In this document: one piece after another, positions 51,671-64,000 of the stretch | How positions within the stretch are numbered: position 1 is the first letter of the stretch | Layout of the letters: each line of letters begins with the position of its first letter | Assembly (NCBI GenBank): GCA_964016885.1 | Contig: OZ024743.1 | Span: 333,746,001 to 333,810,000 of the forward strand | DNA from: Eledone cirrhosa | Lineage: Eukaryota | DNA length: 64,000 nt | Reading direction: 5' to 3' | Position numbers and translations under genes: made by a program | Notes under the pieces: model-generated | The model's input: the letters and a program-made list of their open reading frames with translations, nothing else | Databases searched by the model: none | Told to the model about the DNA's origin: nothing

Positions 51671-51680
<10 letters not shown>
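51080..51680. repeat. Fold-back element with direct terminal redundancy (family H)
   Basis: Palindrome centred near 51236; 51239-51360 recurs at 51561-51680 (322-bp offset); flanked by (TA)n. Confidence 0.9.
51478..51567 (+). ncRNA. Hammerhead-like motif with U3-A8 core and extended stem I, family H
   Basis: GGCT-TTGATAA-GCAT-CAATAA-ATGC-A-GAA-ACAAGGCCTTGT-C-AGCT; GUC triplet; distal stem I extension TTCAGCAAAC/GTTTGCTGAA. Confidence 0.6.
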
Positions 51681-51736
<56 letters not shown>

Positions 51737-51769
51737 AGAGAACAATCGTTTTACCTTAGCGAATCCTCA

Positions 51770-52686
51770 GTGGATTTCCCCTTGCGTATGGCTTGGACTT
51801 AGTGATGGCTTTCCATTGAATGGAGTAGTCTATACTTGAGTCCTTGAGGGACCATACGCGGCTCGCGAGTTTCGTGGATGAACGTCTGTCCGGGTAACTA
51901 AAGGTCGACTGGTGGTTCACTAAGCGTTCTTTAAATCGGCCCTCCGCCATACCCACGGATTTGACCTGCCGAGGTTGATTTGGTCGGTTAGAAGTGACCA
52001 CACCTAAGAAAAGAAAGCGTAACAATAGACAAACTATCTGGTTCCCTCCTCCCTTCTCATTCAACATTAAAACCAATGTAGGCAAAACATTTCTAGCCCT
52101 CTTAGATAGACACTTTCCCATAGGTCATAAATACCGCTCCATCTTTAACCGACACAAAGTTAAACTAGGATACTCCTGCGCTAAGAACATGAAGGCCCAC
52201 ATCACCACAAGCCCTAAGAGCAACACCCCACCAGGGTTCTCTTGCCGGAAGCCTGAAGCGTGTCCCCTTCAACAGCAATGCAACACACCCGCTGTAGTTT
52301 ATGAAGCTGTGGTCACTTCCAACCAACCAAATCAACCCCAGGAGGTCAAATCCTATGTGGGTATGGTGGAAGGCCGATTTAAGGAACGCTTCCTGAACCA
52401 CCAGTCGACCTTTAGGTATCTGGACAGACGTTCATCCACGAAACTCGCGAGCCACGTATGGTCCCTCAAGGACTCAAGTATAGACTACTCCATTCAATGG
52501 AAAGCCATCACTAAGTCCAAGCCATACGCAAAGGGAAATCCGTTGTGTGGACTATGTATTTATGAACGAATAAATATTCTAAAGAGATTACGCAATAGCG
52601 ATTGCCTAAACTCAAGAAATGAATTCTTCACACGTTTTCCACACGTCTGGAAACACCTCTTACATAACTACAAAGCTCCGGATTGA
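51770..52686 (+). mobile_element. Penelope-like element 3' fragment (RT C-terminus/linker + GIY-YIG endonuclease) with inverted partial duplication
   Basis: ORF 51994-52686: WFPPPFS..NVGKTFL..KLGYSC..C..CPL..C...VVYEA..YVG..RFKERFLNH..STKLASHVW..C.LC..E..LNSRNE. 51770-52000 is an inverted copy of ~52309-52541. Flanked by (TA)n. Confidence 0.9.
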
Positions 52687-52755
52687 ATTATATATATATA
52701 TATATAAAACAAGTGTAAGTCAACAGGTTAAAATTAACTTCGTTTATTCATATTC

Positions 52756-52814
52756 GTTGCAATATATATTTCGGTGATAACCATTATTCAATAGTTATGA
52801 CCTCATCAGGCAGC
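52756..52814 (-). ncRNA. Minimal type I hammerhead motif (family E-related)
   Basis: Minus strand: GCTGC-CTGATGA-GGTCATAACTATT-GAAT-AATGGTTATCACC-GAA-ATATATAT-T-GCAAC. Confidence 0.72.
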
Positions 52815-53060
52815 TAGAACTTGAACAGAAAAAAACAAGGAAACATAATAGCGGAACAAAGTTTACCTCGTTAATTCGTTGATATGCCCAGATCCGAAAT
52901 GTGGTGTTGTTAATTCAAAGAACTGGTGGCATATGATATTTTAACCTGCTGACTTACACTTCTCGTTTTAAATTACTCCGGAGGAAACAGGCTCACCTGC
53001 GCACTTCGTTGAGTGCTCTAACCTGCATACTGAAGTGTCGGTAAGCAACCAACACATACT

Positions 53061-53177
<117 letters not shown>

Positions 53178-53197
53178 ATACATATGTGTGTGTGTGT

Positions 53198-53586
53198 GCA
53201 GAAAGTTCCGTAAATCTGAAAGAGAGGAATTTGTGTATGTGGGTTCCACAAGTACCAAATTCAAATCCCGTTTCCCAAACCACGTGCTTCCTTAGACACA
53301 GAGGCAAGAGTTCCAGCACTATTATTGCCGAGTGCGCGTGGAGGCTGAAGGACGAGAACCGGAACTTCAAATTGAGGTGGAAAATTCTCCGTTTTGCGAC
53401 CCTCCAGGGACTGGGCAGCGAGGTTTGTTGGCTCTGTATCTGTGTATCTGTGAGAGTGTGGAGATCCTCAAGCTACGCGGGTGGGCGATCAACTCTAGGC
53501 TCGAGATCCTGAGTAATTGTATGCATCGAAGGACCCATCTGTTCGCCCATCTCGCAGGTGAGTGCACCGCGAGGGGCCTTCCTTAG
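53198..53586 (+). mobile_element. Penelope-like GIY-YIG fragment (frameshifted, second family)
   Basis: [18 protein letters not shown] / [24 protein letters not shown] / [14 protein letters not shown] across frames. Confidence 0.8.
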
Positions 53587-53734
53587 TGAGCTACAGACGC
53601 TGTCCTGCCACGGTAGCTCCATTACTTGTCCCAGAGCACCAATACCCTTTTTTCTTGCATTTTTGTGTGAGTATATTTTCATGATGTGTATATATGTATA
53701 TGTAAGCATTTGTAAGTGTGTGTGTGTGTGTAGC

Positions 53735-53975
53735 CCAGAGGAGACTGATGTTAGCTGGACATGCTCACCGACATCCAGAGTTGACACTGCACTCAGTGCT
53801 CCAGTGGGAGGCCCTGCATGTACACACTGGAAGAGGAAGACCGAGGATAACATATGTTGATGCCCTAAGGACAGACACTGCTCTCTTGGAGACGCAGGAA
53901 ATGGCAACGATAATGAGGGACAGAGACCGCTGGAGAGAACTCGTCCATGGATCTCGAGAATTTTACCCGCCCTAG
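53735..53975 (+). mobile_element. RTE-like LINE C-terminal fragment (different family)
   Basis: QRRLMLAGHAHRH..VLQWEA.H..RGRPRITYVDAL..MRDRDRWR. Confidence 0.7.
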
Positions 53976-54155
53976 ACATATATGCTTGTGTGTATATATG
54001 CCTGTGTGTGTGTGTGTGTGTGAGGATATGTGTATGTATATCTATGTACATGTACAATTTCTACGTGTGACCGAGTGTGTGCGCATTTTATATACACATA
54101 CATATCCTCCTAGCTTCGTACGGACGTATAACACACACACACATACACACACACA

Positions 54156-54251
<96 letters not shown>

Positions 54252-54476
54252 CATACGCACGCGAACACGTATAGCTTTATATACAAAACAGTTTTTTTCC
54301 ATTTCAGGTAGACGTGCTCCATCATCCACTTTTCTAAAAAATAAATCATACTCAAAACGCCAGCATCAACAGTTTTCCAAGAGATGTCAACATGAATGAA
54401 CCTGTTATTTTTCTCTAAAAACATTTTTCCTATTCCACCCCGCCCATCCCTTCAATCTTTCTAATTTCTCATTCTT

Positions 54477-54512
54477 TCTTCTGATGAAGGACTAGTGTTT
54501 GAAACGTTAAGA
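54477..54512 (+). ncRNA. Minimal hammerhead motif, family A
   Basis: TCTT-CTGATGA-A-GGAC-TAGT-GTTT-GAA-ACGT-T-AAGA; stem II held by G-U pairs. Confidence 0.6.
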
Positions 54513-54855
54513 CCTTCTTCCTGTTATTTCAAGCATTAAACTAATATATTCCTTCCATATATTGTACCGATTGTGTTGTTATTTCTGTTTACCTTTTACA
54601 TACATACATACGTACATATATATATATATATATATTATATTATATATAAATGGAAATTTAGTAAAATCGAAGCTTCGGCTGTAGCCAAACCAACGAGATA
54701 CAATGAGGAATTATGCAGCCAAGCACTCAATGAGAAATCTCAGAGTAATAACATTCGTTAGACGGCATGACAAATTGAAAACTGTGGTAGGGAAGTCCAG
54801 CCACGACACCGAAGCAACGAGAAAACCAACAGGTTAATATATATATGTATATACA

Positions 54856-55441
54856 CACGAGGTGTATCAGAAATGTAATAGAACTTAGTGTGCTGTGTAG
54901 GCTATGAGTGGGGTAGGAATTAGCAGGGCGCGTCACCGTGTGACGTTAAATCCGGAGATTATATAACTGCGATCTCAGCTTTTTGCAGCCATTGTATGTT
55001 TTTTCACGTGCTTTTGCTAACAGCTCTTCAATTTTAGGCCGTGGAGCGATGGGCACAGATCAACGAACCAGCCTGAAGTTTCTGGTCCGGCTGGGAAAAC
55101 TCTGGATTACTGCAGCTAATGTGCGGAGATGAGACGAATCGTGCTCACTTGTTTTTTTCAAGTGGCACAAAAAGTTCAGAGGGACGCGAGAACGTGGAAG
55201 ATGGCCCTAGGAGTGGGAGACGGTCGTTGGATGACTGTTCGACTGGTCGCAAGTGAGCTGGACATGAACTGCGACAGCGTTTGGAAGATTATAACCGAAG
55301 ATTTCATCATGCGGAAGATCTGCACGAAGATGGTGCCGAAGCTGCTGAAAGATGACCAGATGGTGTGTCAGGACATCCTCAAGCATCTTGAAACTGAACC
55401 AGACTTTTTCCTTTTCTCCAAGCTCAAGAGGGTTATCAAGT
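54856..55441 (+). mobile_element. Tc1/mariner transposon relic, internally deleted
   Basis: ACGAGG-type terminus; TVRLVASELDM..SVWKIITED..MRKICTKMVPKLL (WVPxxL-like) joined to DFFLFSKLK. Confidence 0.75.
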
Positions 55442-55989
55442 GTATATATATATATATATTTTCTGAACCATTAGCCAATCGGTTGACGGCATTGTGATGA
55501 CGCGTAGGGATTTCAGTTACTTATGTACAACTGTGTCGCCTGTCGCATTCACTGCCATAGCCGACATGGACTGGAATCGAATTCTGTCCATCGATTGGTT
55601 ATTGATTAGGCGAAACCTGCTGATAAAGCCATATGCACCGATTGTGCATTGTTACATAATAAATGCAGACAGTAGATGCTGTACGCTCTCTTGCTGCATT
55701 AAATCTTGCCGAAACTCGAGTACAGGTATAGTTTTATGCTACCCATTTACGTGTGTTGCATTGATGCGAATAACTTTGTGTCTACTCTGGGATTTTTACA
55801 TAACCTTACCTATTGATTATCCGGAGATACAACTGGTACTATCAGTGAAACTTATGCTAGTCCCGTTAACTTCTTATTATATATATCCTCAAGTAGTCGC
55901 ATTACCAACGAAATAGACACTAATACAACCAGTGATACCATTAATGAAAATAACAAAAATAATAGTAATAACATAAATAATAATCTTAG

Positions 55990-56443
55990 ATTACATAACA
56001 CATCCCAAACAAACAGATGCAACTGTAAAATTAAAGCTAATTGCCCTCTTAATGGCAATTGCTTAATTAGTGGTATAGTATATAAATGTAAAGTAATTAC
56101 TAAGGACACTACACAATCCTACATAGGTGCTACCTCTAATTCATTTAAGAAAAGGTTCTATTGCCATGCACATTCTTTTAAAAATACTAAATTAGCTGAC
56201 ACCACCTCACGAGCAGAAACTATTAACAATTTTAAAATGAAAAATATACCAAACAGCCTAAAATGGAGTGTCCTTAAGAAAACTAACTCTTATCAAGGTG
56301 AAAGAAGGGAGTGCCTATTATGTTCTCAGGAACTGTTCCAAATCATGAAATCCAAGGATAGGTTACTAAATAAAAAAACAGGATTAATTATTTCATGTAA
56401 TCATAAAATCCTGAAAACTTTTAAATACTATAAACCCACCTAA
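55990..56443 (+). mobile_element. Penelope-like GIY-YIG fragment (third, AT-rich family)
   Basis: RCNCKIKANCPLNGNCLISGIVYKCKV..SYIGATSNSFKKRFYCH, then LKWSVLKK..ECLLCSQE..LNKK..SCNH. Confidence 0.8.
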
Positions 56444-56659
56444 TACTTGAAATCACTAGTCAGAACTAGTTTCTTCAACCAAGTGAAACATAACTAGAAA
56501 TAATATATTCGTACCCAAATAATCTACCTGTAGAATAAATGAATGGTCGGTAATTAATTAAATCAGCATTAATCTGATCCTTCTAAAGTGGATGTAGTAT
56601 TTCCTCATTTCAATAACACTATGACTCCTAAACTAAGCAAAATAACTTACAATCTAACT

Positions 56660-56905
56660 AACAACTCTCCAAATACCGGTCGCTCTCCGACAGGTTTGCG
56701 GTTGTACCCTTGGCAGTGGAGACTTCTGGTCTCCTCGGCCCTAGCGCTACCTCCCTACTCACCACCATAGGCGCTGAGAAGGCCAGCCGCAGGTGTGAGC
56801 CTCGCGAGTTGGAATGGCTTTTCCAGCGCGTCTCCTTTGCCGTCCTCCGGGGAAACGCCTTCTCCATTCTGTCCGCCGGGGCTGTGGGGAGGCCACCAAT
56901 ATGAT
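56660..56905 (+). mobile_element. CRE-clade 3' fragment
   Basis: AVETSGLLGPSATSLLTTIG..RRCEPRELEWLFQRVSFAVLRGNAFSIL. Confidence 0.8.
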
Positions 56906-57711
56906 TGACTGACTTGTCATTTTATCAGCCAACTGTTGCTGTCGTTAGATAACTAGGTATCTGTAGATGAATTTCAATACTCGTTTGGTTTTCTCGATCT
57001 TACAAACATCTTACACATCGGTACTTAGTGTGAATTTACTTTTGCCTTTGTATCACTTTATTCATTAACCAAATTGACTTAATGAAAATCATATTCTTCT
57101 ATCTAAACTATAATAAATATTCAAAAGCAATATTAAAATGTAAATACAACTTAAAATACCATGTATTAATATTACCTACAATGAGATAATTTAACCTTTA
57201 AAATTTTATATCACTCAATATTTTCTCATATTGGAATTACAATTCACTTCTTATATAACTTACGTATTAACCTGAACAACCTATATAATTGGCATAAACT
57301 TTTTCCTCTCTCCAAACTTTATTACCAATCCTAAATCAGCATTGAATTTGAAAAATAAATTTTTTTCCTACTATATATGTATTTATGTATACACATAACC
57401 TCGATTAAGAAACATTGGGTTTTTTTAAATATTATTAATTCATTAAATATTATTTATTAAACATTATTTTGTCAAGTTAGCAATACAGTAACTTATAAAT
57501 TAATCTAGTAGACTTAATTTAATAATAACCAAGTAATTTCCCTATATCTGAATTAGAACACCCATGTAAAACTAGCTTTATTTATTATCAACCAAATGCT
57601 TACCATCCCTCAATTAAGACAGCTTTTCTCAGAAGATTTATTACCCCTAGCACAAAGCACTCACCACTTTTATGATCTTCTTCTTCTTCTTCTTCTTCTT
57701 CTTCTTCTTCT

Positions 57712-57911
57712 NNNNNNNNNNNNNNNNNNNNNNNNNNNNNNNNNNNNNNNNNNNNNNNNNNNNNNNNNNNNNNNNNNNNNNNNNNNNNNNNNNNNNNNNN
57801 NNNNNNNNNNNNNNNNNNNNNNNNNNNNNNNNNNNNNNNNNNNNNNNNNNNNNNNNNNNNNNNNNNNNNNNNNNNNNNNNNNNNNNNNNNNNNNNNNNNN
57901 NNNNNNNNNNN
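57712..57911. other. Assembly gap
   Basis: 200 N, preceded by (CTT)n. Confidence 1.
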
Positions 57912-58142
57912 ACAGTTCTCTAACTGCTATACATCAGTCAATATATCAATATGATCACCCCTCCGAGACGATCGTAAAACAATGAAATGAATATGTAAAA
58001 TAACTTGCCTTCGTTATTATTATCATTGTTAAACTAATATCTAATATATCAGACTCTGTATCTGAAGGACAGACTCAGCGAAACACGGAACCTACCCCTG
58101 AATCTCTACGGTAGAGACCCTACCACGAAAAGTAGACCACAT

Positions 58143-58214
<72 letters not shown>

Positions 58215-60955
58215 CTAGATTTTCCGACTGTGGACGTGGACTAATCTTAGCGGAACATCTAGATCGTACCTAGATAGGGTTCTAGTTAGAAAGAAGGATA
58301 GGGACATGTTAAGCTGTCCACAAATGTTCATGGTTGCCTATTCAGATCACAAATTAGTGACCTGCTTTAGTTAAGCAACACTTGACGGGGGCCATTGTCA
58401 ACAACAGATGGTGGTACTCTCTCAAGAGGGCAGTTAGAATAGACTCGATAGGTTTTAGTAAAGAATTAGTGTTAGATGAGACCGAAAAGGAACTGGTAGA
58501 TAAAGTAGACGAGGCACTTATGAGTGGCAACGTTGCCGGCGTGCGAGCGACGAGAACGGCCTTGGACCAGTTCTTCGACGCAAAGCATGAAGGTTGCGTT
58601 GTCAGAAGCAAAATACGTGCTCTGGGAAACGAGGGAGCCAAAGCTGTTAGCTGGGCCCGAGTGACGGAGGCGAAAAGTGGCAACAAGTCCACGATTCAGT
58701 TTTGAAGGACCAAGACGGACGCGTGATACGTGAGCCGAAGCAAATGTGCGCGGCCTTTCAGCGGCACTTTGCTCAACTGGTCGGGCAGGGCGGCCTGCCG
58801 GGAGGGGCTATGGATTTCGGTCCATACCTCGACGGCCTACTGCGGCTCTCGGACAGCGAGGCGAAGTAGAGTTACAGATTTTGGCCAAGGTGTTGGCAAA
58901 GAGGCTGGCGCTTGTCGAAAACCTGGTGGGAGAAGCGCAGAATACGCAATCCCGACCAGGTCCATACACGACAACCTCCACCTCATGCGATACATCATAG
59001 AGAAAGTAGGGTGTAAACCCGGCTTCGGTGGGGCCCTAATCAACTTGGATCAGTCTAAGGCTTTCGATAGGGTTGACCATCGTTACCTGGATGCGGTGCT
59101 CGAGGCGGCAGGCTTCGGTCCCGTGTTCAGGGGCTGGATTGCTGCAATGCACAACAGCAACAACTGCTCAAGGGTCAAGGTGAACGGCTACCTCTCGGAG
59201 CCATTCCATATCACGCGATCCATCCGACAGGGATGCCCTCTCTCCTCCCTTCTGTACGTACTGACTCTCGAGCAACTACTGCGGAAGTTGGAGCTATTGC
59301 AGGGCATCCCTTTTGGATCCGGGACTGCGAAAAGCGGCGTCGGCCTACACCAACGACGTGACAGTAATGGTGTCGAGCACTTCGCAAATCGGGGAGATCG
59401 GAACCTTACTGGAGGAATACGAAACGTTCACAGGAGCGAAGCTGAACCGGGACAAATCCGTCGGTTTGCAACTCGGAACGTGGAGAGGCAAACCGATGCC
59501 TTCCGATGACGTCGTCGGACGCTGGACGGACCGGTAAAGCTGCTCGGGGTCTGGTTTGGTCCTGACCTCCAGGTGGAGAAGAACTGGAACGAAGTGACGG
59601 CCAAGGTGTTTGCGCTCACCAAGAAGTGGGCCGAGTGCAAACTATCCTTGAAAGGTCGAGCGGAGGTGGCGAACACTTTTATAGCGTCCGTCATCTACTA
59701 CCGCTTGACCGTTGTGCCTTGTCCAGCCAAAACGCCCACCAAAAGGGAGCGCGCGCTTCCAATTCCTTGGAAGAAACGGGCTCCTTTGGTGGGAAGATCC
59801 ATCTGCTGCCAACACCCTTCAAACGGAGGGCTGGGGTTGCCGTGGCTGACGATGCGCAAACACGCGCTCAGGCTGCAGCACCTCCACGTATTCCTCACCA
59901 GACAACCGGTGTGGGCTCCGTTCGTGAGGCGAGCCTTTCCACGACTCGTCTCGCTGACCGAGCTGCAGACCTCGGTCAAGCAACGACCGAGGAAAATGGG
60001 CGACTGGCATATCGAATGTGCTCAGGCGCTCACAGTCCTCTGGCAAACGGACCCGGCGATCAGTGGAGACTCCACTTCGACATTCTATAGAGGGTTGGTC
60101 CGCAGCAAGTGCGACGACACGCTCGGAGAAACTCTGGGCGTAGAGGAGGACGAACTGGCCAGTCTGTTCGGTAGGACCTTCCGCCCGGGACCAATGGACA
60201 ACTTCCAAAAGTCCCTGGCCTGGCAGTGCTACCGAGGAGCTCTACCAGTTTGAGACAAGCTCTACAGACATGGGCGCCCGGGTAGGGACCCTTCGAAAAA
60301 GATCTGTCCGAGATGCGTGCGCGACGAGGAAACCGTCGCACACGCATTTGTACACTGCTCGGCCGTTACCGACCTGTGGGGCTATGTAGAACGACTATTG
60401 TCGCGGGTGGGACCAATCCAGTTGACCACCCAGTCCATTGTCATGATCAAACCGCCACCCTCCTTCAAAAAATAGGGAGAGGTGGTTTTCCTATGTGTTA
60501 TGGCTATGGTGAAAGAGGTTATATGATGGACGAGGTTAAAAGGGCTGAGGTCAGACACCTTTCTCTCCGGCGAGCAACTGATTCGTTTTTTCAAATATCA
60601 TTTTGGAAGAAGAATCAGGATGGAGAGAGAGGTACTGTACCCCAGCAAATTTTATAAAAGGTGGGTGAATGTGGCAAAGATGGCCCGCGTGGTTGGGCCT
60701 TCTCTCTATATAAGCCTGTAGGTTGAGGAAAAAGAGGAAGATAGGAAGGGAGTACTCACTCTTGGTGTTCCTGGAGATGAGGGTTGTACATATTTTCGGG
60801 GTGTGTACAACCCCTGTGTAACACCTCCCCCTATTGGGGATTTCAATTGTTATTTGTTGTTTTATTAATAGTTTTATTTTCATATACCTGTATGTAAACT
60901 CCCCATTTGTATTTGTCCCCTTCTTTTGTGCCCTTGTGGCTAATAAAGAAATTTA
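58215..60955 (+). mobile_element. Tx1/L1-group LINE, 5'-truncated, frameshifted ORF2
   Basis: APE tail (SRSYLDR..YSDHK), RT (IHDNL..LDQSKAFDRVDH..RQGCPLS..AYTNDV), C-terminal CPRC..ETVAHAFVHC, 3' UTR with AATAAA. Confidence 0.9.
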
Positions 60956-60975
60956 TCTATCTCTCTGTCTGTCTG

Positions 60976-63900
60976 ACGCGTGGAACATCGCCGGTAAGAT
61001 TTTTTGTAAATTTATATACGAAAAACAGAACAAATTGTTTGAAAAAACATATTATTTTGTAGATTAACCCCCAAGCTGAATTGTCAGCTGGGTGGTAATC
61101 CCATTTTTCGCCCCTTTAGAGGCGAAAATTTAATTAAAAAATTGTTTTAAAATATCAAATTTTGCCAACTATAAAACATGAATAACACGAAGGGAACGCT
61201 GGAGACCGTCGACAGAGAAAATAGAGAGAAAGAGGCAGATTTCAACGTTATATCTGTTTCTGCTACTATGGACGTCGCCATAGATACGACTGTCAACAAA
61301 GATGAAAAAATGTTACCACTCGAAAATTGTACAATTTCTACCGTCGAAGCGGAGAAAAATAACACTAACTTACAGGAAAACACAGGAATTAAACCTATTA
61401 ACATACATACACATGAAAAAGACATCAACAACTCCACAGATACATCTACACATAATGTTTCACCTCGTCAAGGAACTGAGATTACCAACACCGAGGCTAA
61501 CAACGATAACAACAATAACAACAACAACAGCAACGGCACACAAAAAAAGAAAATGTCTTTCGCTGAAACTGAACAAAAAACAAGATTTTATAAATCTTGA
61601 CATCTCCAATGCAAGAGATATGCTCCAGCAAGGGAGAAAATCTGTAACTTTCGAAGAGAAAGGTGGATTTAGAATTAACTCACCTCTTGAAATAAAGCAA
61701 GACACAGTTCGAATATCAGTCACCTTTAGGACTGTGTCCAATTCCACGAGAAAGCTGATATTTGTTAGTCAAGCAGATATAGAAGCTACTTTCAAGGAAA
61801 TTCTAGCAAATATCGATTTTCTCCAACGAGAAAAACAGTACGGAAGTGTTTCCGTACTGTTTAAAAGCGAGGCACTCGCCCAAAAATATTCTGTGACACC
61901 AATGGTGTCAAAAGCATTCACCTTTTTCCCTACATACATGGGAAAAAGGACACAAAAAATAAAAATAACCAAACATTAACATCTGGTGGATCTTAGCTGG
62001 CTTCGTAGAGCCAGAAACTGATATGATTCTTTCGATACGAAAGTCTATTCGACAAAGGTGGGCGGGTACTGATTTGGAGATTCTGTTGCAAATGAGGCTG
62101 GAGTGAATCTCCAAAATACCCGAAAGTATCGTCATCGATGATAACAACAAAATAAACATTTCGGTAGAAGGACGAAAATTTCATTGCTTTCGCTGTGGTA
62201 GCACAGCACACCTAAAAGCCTCCTGTCCTTCACAAACACACAACATCATTAAAAAAACACTATTACCAACACCAACACCAAAACAACCACCACCACCACA
62301 AGTACAACGACAGACGAAACGAGCAACCACACCAAAACAAAGAGACACTCAACCAACAACAACAGAAAAAACAGAGACAGCACCCCTGAAGAACACAGCC
62401 CCACCCCATCCCACTCCATCAAACACTACCACAAACACACACACCGAAACACCACCACCACACAACATACCCCTACCCCACACACCTGACGATGATTATT
62501 CATCGACGGATGAAGCTGCTTCTCCTTCTTTAGGTGAAGAAGAGGGAGAGCCGCGGAAATCTAAAAAACAAAAAAAAGAGACACCACAAAACCCCCAAAT
62601 CTCCAATCACCAACACCAACACATAACCACAGACACAAACAACAACACAAACAACACCACAGTCAAACATCCCCCTATCAGCAAAACCAACACCAAAACC
62701 ACCCCAAACACAAGCACCCACCATAAAAAGAAAACTCCCGGACGAACAACAAACTAAAACAACACAACAAAAACACAAACAATAATACGCATACATCAAC
62801 ACAAACAACAAGAATTTGATGGAGGTCATCTCCCAAAATCCCAAGGTGGAGACCGAGGGCAAAACTTTCGTCAAGGCAGAATCGTCTCCACACCTTAAAC
62901 TTATAATGGTTTCTATAGAAACCTATAATGACCTAAAAAATAAATTTTCACAGGACGTGGGCAACCCCTGCCAGAAACCCATCAACCGCGTCCTGTTAAA
63001 ATGTTTCCCCACCCCACATAACACTCCATCTAGCACCCAAATGGAGATTGAACAACCCGATCTCCAGGAAACGAAAAGGTAAGTGCACCTTCCGCCCCTT
63101 TTCTCCAAATCTTCTTCACCAACATGGCTAGTTTACGAGTTGGAACCGTGAATGTGCGTGGCCTAGGGATGCCCTGTAAACAGGGCCAACTTTTAAACGA
63201 CCTTAGGTCACACGGTATGGATGTGATAGCCATCACCGAGTCCAGGATCAACGACAGGCAGCAACTAACCCCCATCTTCAACGACTTTGAGATCTACGCA
63301 TCTCTCTGTCAGCCAGGAGGTGGTGGTGGGCGTGGGGGAGTGGGTGGAGTGGTTGTCATGTTTCGGAAGAATCTGGACGTCGAAGTACAGCAAGTACACT
63401 TGGACCCGGAGGGTAGACTGGTAGTCCTAGACGTGAACAGTATTGGAGGTGGAGCCTTCAGACTGGTGGCCGTTTATGCCCCGACCGGTCAATCGCAATC
63501 ACGGCCAGACTTCTTTAAGCGTCTAGAGTCCTTTCTGGTAACGTCTCGCTCCTTACTTTTAGTGGGGGACTGGAATGGTATTCTAGATACACGATGGGAC
63601 TATGTGGGAGCATGTGCCAGTAGAGCGGGGTGCAACAGACTCAAAACTTTAATCGGCCAATTCCAACTGGTATCGACTGGATTTCCCGATAGGTATCGAC
63701 TGGATTTCCCGACTGCACCACAGTGGGCAAACTGCAGCGCGACATCTAGATCGTATTTAGATAAGTTCTTCATTAGAGAAAGGGACAAGGAGATGTTAAG
63801 CTGTCCACGAATGCACATGGTTACCTATTCAGATCACAAATTAGTCGTCTGCTTAGTCAACCGTGATAGAACACATAAACAAGGACCCGGATACTGGAAG

Positions 63901-64000
63901 CTGAACGTGTCGTTGCCGGCACGTAAAGCTTACAGTGAACGGATGAGTAGACTAGTCAAGCAACAGTTAACAGGAGCCATCGTCAACAATAGATGGTGGT
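60976..64000 (+). mobile_element. Tx1/L1-group LINE 5' part: disrupted ORF1 + ORF2 APE endonuclease
   Basis: ORF1 pieces from 61178 with the zinc knuckle CFRCGSTAHLKASC (~62185-62226). ORF2 from ATG 63124, MASLRVGTVNVRGL..ITES..VYAP..VGDWN..YLD..YSDHK, open to the window end. Confidence 0.9.

Overview
AT-rich, microsatellite-rich animal genomic DNA. The repeat repertoire looks cephalopod/octopod-like (inference). The only host gene is mitochondrial malate dehydrogenase (MDH2) on the minus strand: 7 phase-compatible GT-AG coding exons between 24316 and 284, a 15.5-kb first intron, and a last exon outside the window. The rest is repeats: many RTE-clade LINE fragments and partner SINEs, CRE-clade RT/RLE elements, two head-to-tail Tx1/L1-group LINEs, a mariner relic, Penelope-like GIY-YIG fragments, a 36-bp minisatellite, an ~8.8-kb 48-bp satellite derived from the RTE 3' UTR, and a 200-N gap. 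The most notable signal is a dense set of more than a dozen type I (mostly minimal) hammerhead ribozyme motifs from at least 7 unrelated sequence families. They sit in short non-coding elements in (TA)n tracts that show fold-back inversions and terminal direct redundancy. They include two families with a covarying U3-A8 core (UUGAUAA) and one ~600-bp family carrying convergent hammerheads on both strands. All structures were folded by eye, and ribozyme activity is inferred, not shown.
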